Below are positions 55,360-63,174 of a stretch of 63,174 bases of DNA, piece after piece; the stretch's first letter is position 1, and each line of letters starts with the position of its first letter. The notes under the pieces were generated by a model. It saw only the letters and a list, made by a program, of their open reading frames with translations, searched no databases and was not told where the DNA came from. The DNA is from Verrucomicrobiota bacterium. GTDB taxonomy: Bacteria > Verrucomicrobiota > Verrucomicrobiia > Limisphaerales > UBA11358. The DNA lies in the NCBI GenBank assembly GCA_049523555.1, contig JBEKMU010000002.1, forward strand, positions 1 through 63,174, read 5' to 3'. The position numbers were made by a program, and so were the translations under genes.

Positions 55360-56751
55360 TTACAACGCTGCCATCAGTTTCTTCATCCGCGCCTTGTCCT
55401 TTTTCCAAGTTTTCACCGTCATTCTTGCGAGAATCTCCCGTATTTCATCCTTGGGAGATTTTTGTCCATTTGTCAGTAGTTTTGGCATGGCTGACTGCAA
55501 CGCCTGCCGGAACGCTTCCTGCCCCGGCTGAAAATAATGCTTCAACACAACGTCCGTCGTTTTGTGACCTGTCACTTTTTGCACTAGCTCCAGCGGCACA
55601 CCAGCGGTCAACGCCAGTGTTACCCATGTGACGCGGAAACTGTGAAAATCCCGCACGCTCGCCCGCCGCAATCCTTCTTTTCGTGCCACATGAATTTCTC
55701 CCCGAATAACACACGTTTCACCGTTTGGGTGCAAACGCCGAATTGATGTTTCCGACTTTTGCGGCTCTTCGTCCTCGTCTCGAAAACCCGCCGCAGCCAA
55801 AACTTTGCGAACGCGCCAAGTAATGCCATCGGGATTTTCTTGATACATAAACGCTTGTTCGGGAAACACATAGTCATTATCTGATTTCCGGTCTTTGGCT
55901 TTCGATTTTAGTTCGTCATAGAGCAAAGGAAAAACTGGAATGCTCACCGTCTGTCCCGTCTTTGCTGTTTTCACCGTGACGAATCGCTGCTGTAAATCCA
56001 CGTCTTTCCATCGGAGCAAACAGCAATCTCCGCGTCGCATCGCAGTGCATATTCCAGTCACCAATACGGGCTGTATAAATTCGTCCGAACGAGCGGCGTC
56101 CAAAATTGCCGCCAATTCGTCCGGTGAATATGGCTTGCGAAAAATTGTTTCGGTTTCTCGCGTCGGCAAGTTTGAAAATGGATTGATTGCTCCAACCGGA
56201 AGCAGATGTTTGAATGTCGTCCGCAATAGTTTTAGTGTTTCATTCCACGTTTTGGCAGTAACGCCGCGCTTGGATTCTGCGTCCAAAAATGACTGCACGA
56301 CCGAACGGGTCAAATGCGCTATTTCTGTAGCCTTCACATTTTCGCTGCGGACAAATTCTGCAAATCGTTTGAGCGTGGACTGACATTGCGACGAATAGCG
56401 TTCGTTCAGTTTGCGCTTGCGCGGAATTTTCGCCCACTCTTGGGAGAGATTTTCCAGCGATACCGTTTTGATTGCCTCGCCGGTTTTTATCTCATACAGC
56501 TTTTCCACCAAACGCACCGAGCCTTGTTTGGTGCGCGCTTCTTCTACAACGCTGTCCAACTTTGCCCGCGCTGCTACGCGGGATCGCTCAAAATCCAAAT
56601 CGCCTTCATCCTTCAAGGACAATGATGCAGGGGGAGTTCCTTTGACTTTTACGCCAAGATTAAGGCATTGACGTTGGCCGCTGATTTCAAAGCGGCCATA
56701 CCAAAACGGGCGAACCCGTCCATCTTTTTCGATTCGCAATTCAAGAGGCAT
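55360..56751 (-). CDS. int: Tyrosine recombinase (phage-integrase family), ICE integrase
   Basis: 463 aa. 'TAMRRGD' (Arg), 'HSFRVTWVTLAL' (His-x-x-Arg) and 'GHKTTDVVLKHY' (His...Tyr). Adjacent to the tRNA. Confidence 0.9.
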   Translation of the reverse strand: MPLELRIEKDGRVRPFWYGRFEISGQRQCLNLGVKVKGTPPASLSLKDEGDLDFERSRVAARAKLDSVVEEARTKQGSVRLVEKLYEIKTGEAIKTVSLENLSQEWAKIPRKRKLNERYSSQCQSTLKRFAEFVRSENVKATEIAHLTRSVVQSFLDAESKRGVTAKTWNETLKLLRTTFKHLLPVGAINPFSNLPTRETETIFRKPYSPDELAAILDAARSDEFIQPVLVTGICTAMRRGDCCLLRWKDVDLQQRFVTVKTAKTGQTVSIPVFPLLYDELKSKAKDRKSDNDYVFPEQAFMYQENPDGITWRVRKVLAAAGFRDEDEEPQKSETSIRRLHPNGETCVIRGEIHVARKEGLRRASVRDFHSFRVTWVTLALTAGVPLELVQKVTGHKTTDVVLKHYFQPGQEAFRQALQSAMPKLLTNGQKSPKDEIREILARMTVKTWKKDKARMKKLMAAL

Positions 56752-56825
56752 AATAATGTGATTTCAAGTTGCAATGTTACTACCTGAAACTTGCCGAAAC
56801 GATTGGAATAAAGATAAGCGAAAAA

Positions 56826-56846
56826 ACCAACAAAGCAACCAACAAA
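56826..56846 (-). promoter_or_regulatory. Candidate arm-type sites (2 x ACCAACAAA, 12-bp spacing) next to the tRNA-proximal att site
   Basis: aaaaaACCAACAAAgcaACCAACAAAagc lies 22-45 bp from the tRNA 3' end. Same orientation as the pair at 3390-3410. Confidence 0.45.
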
Positions 56847-56867
56847 AGCACTCATTTTACCATAAAT

Positions 56868-56944
<77 letters not shown>

Positions 56945-56980
56945 ATCAAAAAGTCGCGCTCTCAAATTGCGGAACTGGAT

Positions 56981-57063
56981 CCCGCACGGCGGGACCAGCG
57001 ATCCCGCTCTGCGGGATTATGAGCCTGATCCCGTAACGCGGGAGGCTGCTCCACCCCGCGATC
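56981..57063 (-). other. Degenerate tRNA-Met-like segment interrupted by three TCCCGC/GCGGGA mini-hairpins
   Basis: Shares GATCGCGGGGTGGAGCAGCC and TCAGGCTCATAA with the adjacent tRNA. The D-arm and 3' half are replaced by TCCCG-cgtta-CGGGA, TCCCGC-aga-GCGGGA and TCCCGC-cgt-GCGGGA. Confidence 0.4.
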
Positions 57064-57113
57064 AGGGAACAGGCCACTTTGCCCGGCAAGCGGAAGCGAC
57101 GCAAGGATTTTCG

Positions 57114-57761
57114 TTAAAACGGGCAGATTCCATATCCAATCCAGTAACCGATAAGCTTTGGGTATTCCCAATAGACGCGCCGCGCAAACCGCCGGCCCGA
57201 CCAGTCGGCGCGCGCATAGGCAACATAAGACGGGCGTGAATAAAATTTTATCTCCGGCGCGTAATGCCGGAAACACGCCAGCGCCCGCCGCGAATGATAC
57301 CACGAAGTGACCAGGATGACGCGGCCCGGTTTTTGTTCGCGGAGCAGCTTGACGGTCAACTCCGCATTTTCCCGGGTCGTGCGCGATCGGGTTTCCAGTC
57401 CGATCACATCCGCCGGCACGCCATCCTCGATCAACAACTGCCGGTTGATTTCGCAATCGCCCAAGCCGCTAACGATGATGCGCGGCGCGGCGTGTTCCTT
57501 GAAAAGCTCCGCCGCGCGCTCCGGCCGCTCGGCCGAACCGCCGCCGAGAACCACCATCACGTCCGCCTGCGCCGGCCCGCTGTCCACGCACAAAAACTTT
57601 TGGGGAAAAACCATTGCCGCCACGGCCAGCGCCAGCAGCAGAACAAAAACGATGATGACGATTCGCCCGATTCGTTTTTTCACGCGGGGAAAAAGACTAT
57701 TCCAAACAGTGGATTTCCGCCAGTGGCGACAAATTTGTTGTGTTTTGCACTGAGAAAACAC
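57114..57761 (-). CDS. DUF218 (YdcF/ElyC/SanA-like) membrane-anchored protein
   Basis: N-terminal TM helix, then 'ADVMVVLGGGSAERPERAAELF...RIIVSG' and 'ILVTSWYHSRRA'. Confidence 0.7.
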   Translation of the reverse strand: MFSQCKTQQICRHWRKSTVWNSLFPRVKKRIGRIVIIVFVLLLALAVAAMVFPQKFLCVDSGPAQADVMVVLGGGSAERPERAAELFKEHAAPRIIVSGLGDCEINRQLLIEDGVPADVIGLETRSRTTRENAELTVKLLREQKPGRVILVTSWYHSRRALACFRHYAPEIKFYSRPSYVAYARADWSGRRFARRVYWEYPKLIGYWIGYGICPF

Positions 57762-57827
57762 GATTGCCCTTGGTTTCTTTCACACCCATTTTGCTGTGAC
57801 TGGGCGCAGCAGCCATGCAAGAAGAGT

Positions 57828-60800
57828 TTATTGCTCGGCCGCCCGATAAAACTGGATGGGCAGATTCAAAGCGTTGGAATCCGAAAACTGCAATGAACCG
57901 GAAAGCGGCGGATTGGTGAAAATTGGTATCCAATCCATCAAATTGGTCGAGGCGTAAATAACCACGGCATTCGTTGCATAGATGCCGTCCAATTCCAGGT
58001 TGAAACCATTGCTTGTCATTCGAATATTGTTCGAGATGGCATTGAAGGCAAATGGTTGCACGGTCAGCGTGGCACTGGCGTTAATGGAATTGAAAACGTT
58101 GCTCACCAGGATGCCATAATTCCCGCTGTTCGCCAGTTGCACGCCAAGCAGCGTCAGCGAAGTATTGGTTGCGCCCGGAATGTTTGTTCCATTGAATCGC
58201 CACCGATAGTTCAATGGCGGTGTGCCATCAGCGGTGACGCTGAAAACGACGTTCGCCCCTTGGGGAGCGGTCTGACTGGTCGGCGGGGCGATGATGGTTG
58301 CCAATGAACCAGGCGTCCAAGTAACCTGATCCAACCAACCGGTAATAGTGTCGGGCATAAAAAGATAAGTGTCCCAGCGCAAGGTATGGTTATCGCCTGA
58401 AAGATAAAAAGTTCTTTGCTGCCAACTCGATGCCGCGCCTGCCTGACTCGTCCCATCAACGGAAAATCGCAGGTAACCTAGGCCCATAAACGGTGTGGCT
58501 TCCCACCAGAACGTCAATATGCCCGGGCCAGTGACCGTGGTTTGCAGCGAAGCTTGGTTTCCATAGCTTACCGGTCCACAGCTTGCGGCAGCGACGCCGT
58601 CGTGTGTATTGGTCGTTTCCGGAGACCACGCTACATTTCCGGCGTTCGTCCACAGCAGATTCGTTGCATTCAAAGCGCCGGCCAAGTCGATGACAGTCAA
58701 GATTGCATTTGAGCTGATTGCGTTTCCATAGAGGTTGGTCACAATGACATCGTAGCTCCCCTGATTTGTAAGTTGGGCATTTATAATTATCAACGAATTA
58801 TTGGTGGCACCAAAAATATTGGTTCCGTTGAATTGCCATTGATAACTTAATGGGGGGGTGCCGATCGCTGCGACATTCATGGCAATGTTTGTTCCTACCA
58901 CAACTGTTACATTGGTAAGCTGGACGGTTATAGCGGGTGGATGAGTAACCACTGTAAGAATTGCGTTGGAGCTGGTGATTGCTCCGTAGCTGTTGCTTGC
59001 CATGAGACTATAATTCCCGGCGTTGGTTGGCTGCACATTAACGAAATTCAATGATGCGTTGGTCGCGCCGATGATGTTGGTTCCATTAAATGACCATTGG
59101 TAACTCACCGGCTGCGCACCAAGAACAACCGCCCTAAGTGAGACGCTCGATACAGCATCGACTGATTGACCCACGGGCTGGCTGGCAATAATTAGCGGTC
59201 CGCCTTCTTCGAGCGCCAGGCTGTGGCCGGATCCTCCTGCAACAGCTACGACCTCATTCAGCCCTGTTGGGACATTGGTTTGACCAGAATCATTCAGTCC
59301 CCACGCAATCACTGAACCATCGCTTTTGACCGCCAAACAATGGTAAGCCCCTGCTCCAACGGCCACCACATCACTTAGTCCTGCCGGCACATTTGTTTGG
59401 CCATAGGTGTTATCGCCCCATGCAACCACCGTCCCATTGCTCAAGAGTGCCAAACTATAAGATACGCCGGCGGCAATTGCCACGACATTGCTTAAACCCA
59501 CGGGCACATTCGTTTGACCATAATTGTTATCTCCCCAAGCGACCACCGTACCGTCGCCTTTAAGTGCAAGATTGTGGTTGTAACCAGCCGCGATGGCGAC
59601 AACATTGCTGAGTCCGATGGGAACATTCGTCTGGCCATAGGCGTTGTCTCCCCAAGCAATGACACCGCCGCCAGCGTTGAGCGCCAGACTGTGATTGAAA
59701 CCCGCTGAGATGGCGGTGGCGTTAGTTAAGTTGGCAGGTACGTTTATCTGACCGTAAGCATTATAACCCCAAGCAACCACTCCCCCGCCAGCCTTAAGTG
59801 CAAGATTGTGGTAGCCACCAGCCGCGATGGCCACAATGTTGCTTAATCCAGCAGGCACGTTCGTTTGATGGGAAGAATTATCTCCCCATGCGATTACTGT
59901 TCCATCGCCCTTGAGCGCCAAACTGTGTGATAGACCTGCGGCAATTGCCATTGCATTAGTCAAGCTGGTGGGCACATTGGTTTGCCCGTAGGTATTTCGT
60001 CCCCACGCAACCACCCAGGAACGTGGCACCGTCAAAACAGCATTTGAGCTGGTCGTGACACCGTATTGGTTGCTGACAACCAGACTGTAAACACCTTCAC
60101 TGCTCCATTGCAAATTTGTCAAAGTCAGCAATGCGTTGGTCGCGCCAACAATGTTGGTCCCGTTCAATTGCCATTGGTAGTTCATGGGAACAGAACCAAC
60201 CAGATTGGCAGCGAAGGCCAAATTACCCCCTCCAAAAATGGTTAAATTAGTTGGTTGACTTGCAAATATTGGCGGAGAGGTGATTACGTTCAAAGTTGCG
60301 TTGGAACTGGAAACGGTACCGATGGCATTACTCGCCACCATCGTATAATTGCCTGCGTCGGCCGGTTGTACGCTGGTCAGAACCAGTATGGCATTTGTCG
60401 CTCCATCTATATTTGTTCCATTGAATTGCCATTGATTATTCAATGGCGGCGGCCCGACCACACCCACGTTAAGATTAACTGGCATCCCACTATAGACTGT
60501 CCAGTTGAGCGGCTGTCTCACTATGAAAGGAGAACCGTCGTTTAGAAGTGCCAAGCTATGTCTCGCCCCTGCGGCAATAGCTATTACATTACTCAACCCA
60601 GGAGGCACTATGCTCTGGCCGTAATCAGGGTAATTCCCGGTACCGCCAGTTCCTGCCCCCCAAGCAATAACGGTTCCACTGCTCTGGAGTGCCAGACTAA
60701 AATATTCTCCAGCGGCAATCGCCACTACATTACTCAAACCGACTGGGATTTCTGTCTCTCCATAGGAATCATCCCCCCAACCGACCACAGTGCCATCGCT

Positions 60801-62459
60801 CTTAAGAGCTAGATTGAAAGAATACCCAGATGCAATGGCCACCACGTTGCTCAAACCGATGGGGATATTCGGTTCTGCGTCCCATCCAACTATCGTTCCG
60901 TCCTTTTTCAATGCCAAACGTTGGTTTACCCCAGCAGAAATCGCAATCACGTTGGTCAACCCGACAGGAACGGTTGTTGCTCCCCAGCCAACTACGGTGC
61001 CGTCACTCTTAAGTGCCAGACTGCAACTCGGATTGGGAAGACAATCACAACCGTCTGCTGCGATCGCTACGACATTGCTCAATCCAATGGGAACATTCGT
61101 CTGGCCAGCTGAATTGCCGCCCCACGCAATTACTGTGCCATCGGCTTTTAATGCCAAACTGCATTCCCAACCAGCTGCAACTGCAACAATGTTGCTCAGG
61201 TTATTTGCAAAGGCAGAAACACCATTGTTGTTGTCTCCCCAACCAACAACCGTCCCGTCACGATTGAGAGCCAAGCTGTGGCTTCCGCCCGCCGCAATAC
61301 GAGTTGCATAGGCCAGATCTGCTGGAGGATATATTTGTCCTGCATAATTGCCGTAGATATCATTTGTAGAACCCCAACCGACGACCATGGAAAGAAACTG
61401 AGAATATAGCGTAACATTTGAGCTTAAGATTGAGCCGTTTACGTTGCTGGCAATCAAAGCATAATCCCCATCATTGATTAACTGCGCATTCGTCAGTGTA
61501 ATAAAACTGTTGGTAGCTCCATCTATATTTGTCCCGTTGAACTGCCACTGATAAATTATAGGCAAGGAACCAATGACAGTGGCAAATATATTGACATTAA
61601 AATTCGCCGAAAGAACCTGAATGGTTGGCTGGGTTATAATTTTAGGTGGCGACGGGGTTACGATCAGAGTTGCGTTCGAGCTGATAATCGAATCGTAGAG
61701 ACTGGACACCACCACACTGTATTTCCCTTCATTGCAAGATTGAACATTGTTTAGCGTGAGCGATGAATTAGTGGCACCGTTGATGTTTGTACCATTAAAG
61801 ATCCATTGATAAGTGAAAGGAGGCGCTCCATATGCCGACACGGCAAATGCCGCCGAGTTCCCAGCAATGCTGGAATAATTAGTTGGCTGCGCATTAATCA
61901 GCACGGCATTTATAACTGCTACATTTAGATTGTCCATGGCGAAGAACGTCCCGTCACCTAAATATCCGGGATGGCGGGTTCCACCCGAAGCCGAGAAAAC
62001 CACTGTATCTACCCCTTGACAGTTAAAGTTGATCATCGTTCCCGATGTAGCACTCAAATTGAAGGTATTGCTATACGTCAAGTTGCCATTCAAAAAACCT
62101 TCCACTTGCATTTGCAAGTTATCCCTCCATCCGGCAGCAAAATAACCAGCATTTAAGTTGAACAGCCCGCTGCTGATCGTTGCGGTTCCACCGCCGCCAT
62201 TGGCGACAAAGTCGCTACCGGATAAAAGTGCGTTGACAAAACCGTTTGGATTATTGAACCAGTTTACAGCTTGGGGATAAAAATTATTCCAAATCAGCCC
62301 GTTGTAAGGATTTGATACCGGAATACCCCCACTAACGTATAGGTCGTCAAACGTAATTATTGTGGCAAAAGTTGACGATGACAGCAGCACACAGAATTCC
62401 AGAATCAGTAGGATACTCTTCCTAATTTTCCAAACCGATTTTTTATTTGAAGAATTCAT
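57828..62459 (-). CDS. Giant secreted RCC1-repeat / Ig-like (I-set) repeat protein
   Basis: Many 'GWGDNxYGQTNVPxGLSNVVAIAAGxxHSLAL' RCC1 blades and repeated 'YQWQFNGTNIxGATNxxLxLxNxQ' Ig modules. Signal peptide from the internal Met. C-terminal '...QFYRAAEQ'. Confidence 0.85.
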   Translation of the reverse strand: MNSSNKKSVWKIRKSILLILEFCVLLSSSTFATIITFDDLYVSGGIPVSNPYNGLIWNNFYPQAVNWFNNPNGFVNALLSGSDFVANGGGGTATISSGLFNLNAGYFAAGWRDNLQMQVEGFLNGNLTYSNTFNLSATSGTMINFNCQGVDTVVFSASGGTRHPGYLGDGTFFAMDNLNVAVINAVLINAQPTNYSSIAGNSAAFAVSAYGAPPFTYQWIFNGTNINGATNSSLTLNNVQSCNEGKYSVVVSSLYDSIISSNATLIVTPSPPKIITQPTIQVLSANFNVNIFATVIGSLPIIYQWQFNGTNIDGATNSFITLTNAQLINDGDYALIASNVNGSILSSNVTLYSQFLSMVVGWGSTNDIYGNYAGQIYPPADLAYATRIAAGGSHSLALNRDGTVVGWGDNNNGVSAFANNLSNIVAVAAGWECSLALKADGTVIAWGGNSAGQTNVPIGLSNVVAIAADGCDCLPNPSCSLALKSDGTVVGWGATTVPVGLTNVIAISAGVNQRLALKKDGTIVGWDAEPNIPIGLSNVVAIASGYSFNLALKSDGTVVGWGDDSYGETEIPVGLSNVVAIAAGEYFSLALQSSGTVIAWGAGTGGTGNYPDYGQSIVPPGLSNVIAIAAGARHSLALLNDGSPFIVRQPLNWTVYSGMPVNLNVGVVGPPPLNNQWQFNGTNIDGATNAILVLTSVQPADAGNYTMVASNAIGTVSSSNATLNVITSPPIFASQPTNLTIFGGGNLAFAANLVGSVPMNYQWQLNGTNIVGATNALLTLTNLQWSSEGVYSLVVSNQYGVTTSSNAVLTVPRSWVVAWGRNTYGQTNVPTSLTNAMAIAAGLSHSLALKGDGTVIAWGDNSSHQTNVPAGLSNIVAIAAGGYHNLALKAGGGVVAWGYNAYGQINVPANLTNATAISAGFNHSLALNAGGGVIAWGDNAYGQTNVPIGLSNVVAIAAGYNHNLALKGDGTVVAWGDNNYGQTNVPVGLSNVVAIAAGVSYSLALLSNGTVVAWGDNTYGQTNVPAGLSDVVAVGAGAYHCLAVKSDGSVIAWGLNDSGQTNVPTGLNEVVAVAGGSGHSLALEEGGPLIIASQPVGQSVDAVSSVSLRAVVLGAQPVSYQWSFNGTNIIGATNASLNFVNVQPTNAGNYSLMASNSYGAITSSNAILTVVTHPPAITVQLTNVTVVVGTNIAMNVAAIGTPPLSYQWQFNGTNIFGATNNSLIIINAQLTNQGSYDVIVTNLYGNAISSNAILTVIDLAGALNATNLLWTNAGNVAWSPETTNTHDGVAAASCGPVSYGNQASLQTTVTGPGILTFWWEATPFMGLGYLRFSVDGTSQAGAASSWQQRTFYLSGDNHTLRWDTYLFMPDTITGWLDQVTWTPGSLATIIAPPTSQTAPQGANVVFSVTADGTPPLNYRWRFNGTNIPGATNTSLTLLGVQLANSGNYGILVSNVFNSINASATLTVQPFAFNAISNNIRMTSNGFNLELDGIYATNAVVIYASTNLMDWIPIFTNPPLSGSLQFSDSNALNLPIQFYRAAEQ

Positions 62460-62484
62460 TTTATTGGCCGTCCATTCGACAATC

Positions 62485-62721
62485 TTAAAGCGCCAAAGCA
62501 TGGTTGCCGCCAGCAGAGACGGAAATCACATTTCTCAACCCTGACGGCACATTAGAATTGCCGTCCCACGCGACTACAATTCCTCTTACTGCCCATGACT
62601 TGCCTGCCATAGCCGGCCAAATAAGCATAATGATAAGTGCGTGAACTCTCCTCCAAAGGGTCTTGGCCGATGTGTTCATACGATTTGAAAACGCAGATTT
62701 CAGCCTGAACGAATTTCTCAA
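62485..62721 (-). pseudogene. Short ORF carrying a single RCC1 blade (gene fragment?)
   Basis: 'IVVAWDGNSNVPSGLRNVISVSAGGNHALAL*' ends 17 nt inside the maximal downstream ORF (open to 62501), in a different frame. Confidence 0.3.
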
Positions 62722-62832
62722 AAATATACTTATACATTACCTGTTGATAATTAACAAGATTCATTTATTGCCTTATGAAAAACAAAAAACGCGAACGGTT
62801 GCCCGTTCGCGCTTGAATTGATTCCGCCAGGA

Positions 62833-63072
62833 CTAGTTGGCTTCTTTTCCCGCTTCTTCCTTGCCCGCCATTTCCTGATCGCGCTCGGCCATCGCGGCCT
62901 TGCGCGACAATCGCACGCGCCCTTTTTCGTCCACGCCAAGGCATTTGACGGTGATTTCATCGCCGACCTTGACGATGTCTTCGGTCTTTTTGACGCGGAA
63001 GTTGGCGAGTTCGCTGATGTGGACGAGGCCGTCCTTGCCGGGCAGGAACTCGACGAACGCGCCGAATTCCGC
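62833..63072 (-). pseudogene. pnp: 3' end of polynucleotide phosphorylase (S1 domain), preceded by an in-frame stop
   Basis: Minus-strand translation '[65 protein letters not shown]...*' is a typical PNPase S1 tail. A TAG sits at 63073-63075, and the sequence upstream is not colinear with PNPase. Confidence 0.5.
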
Positions 63073-63174
63073 CTAAAAACCGAGCTTCCAGGTGCGATCC
63101 GCGTTTGAGCGCCGGAAATCCTGTCCAATCGTCCATCCCGAAAAACATCCTTGCCAGCGTATATGAGTGTGGTA

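Noticed and set aside
54962-55531. 189-aa plus-strand ORF covering structured-element copy B.
   Set aside because: It is Arg/Gly/Ala-rich, spans the hairpin and runs into the 3' end of the integrase gene on the opposite strand. The conservation pattern with copy A is structural (compensatory changes), not codon-like.
62751-63128. ORFs 62751-63128(-), 62818-63108(+) and 62957-63148(-).
   Set aside because: All three are alternative-frame or antisense shadows of the PNPase S1-domain coding sequence. That sequence lacks an ATG and so was missing from the ORF track.

Overview
Most of the window is a ~53.7-kb integrative and conjugative element (ICE, ~3214-56912). It sits in the 3' end of an initiator-type tRNA-Met gene (56868-56944, minus strand) and is bounded by a 43-bp imperfect direct repeat of the tRNA 3' half (3214-3256).

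Backbone:
- A tyrosine integrase next to the tRNA and an excisionase-type HTH at the far end.
- A Trb/VirB-like type IV secretion operon (9.6-20.6 kb, minus strand) with VirB2/3/4/5/6/8/9/10 analogues and no VirB11.
- A mobilisation block (46.8-53.3 kb) with a coupling protein, a ParA-like ATPase, an HTH protein and a MOBF TrwC/TraI-type relaxase-helicase.
- A ~1600-aa N6-adenine methyltransferase/SNF2-helicase fusion (phage P1 DarB-like architecture).
- A DUF932-led operon, a standalone ClpB-D2-type AAA+ ATPase and a PUR-alpha-like ssDNA-binding protein.

Cargo:
- An IS66-family element with an 8-bp target duplication (24815-27280).
- A ~19-kb block (27.4-46.7 kb) carrying a 3357-aa Calx-beta/transglutaminase-like/RHS polymorphic toxin.
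- Immunity-type genes in that block: a small ORF, an SMI1/KNR4 gene and a MORN/YwqK-like gene.
- Secreted or outer-membrane proteins there: DUF11, a beta-barrel and a PEP-CTERM protein.
- A regulatory islet with 3 intact and 1 truncated XRE genes, an orphan receiver domain and a basic repeat protein.

Non-coding signals I consider most worth follow-up:
- Two copies of a ~100-nt hairpin with compensatory stem changes and a conserved loop, upstream of the DUF932 operon and of the Zn-ribbon/PUR operon.
- A 12-bp-phased GGTTAGCA iteron array upstream of the HTH-ParA-T4CP operon.
- A 27-bp palindrome shared by the T4SS and relaxase divergent promoters.
- TTTGTTGGT arm-type repeats on both sides of att.

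Odd coding features include a PAPS-reductase-family gene translationally coupled inside the T4SS operon. A TnpV-like ORF also occupies the apparent 5' end of the methylase-helicase ORF in another frame.

Flanks: on the left, an O-antigen-ligase-like gene and two hypotheticals. On the right, a degenerate tRNA-like segment, a DUF218 gene, a ~1540-aa RCC1/Ig-repeat protein and a disrupted pnp 3' end.

The gene content (PEP-CTERM, DUF11, RCC1+Ig giant proteins) suggests a Verrucomicrobiota/PVC-like host. That is inference only. All functional calls rest on motif recognition by eye, with no database search.
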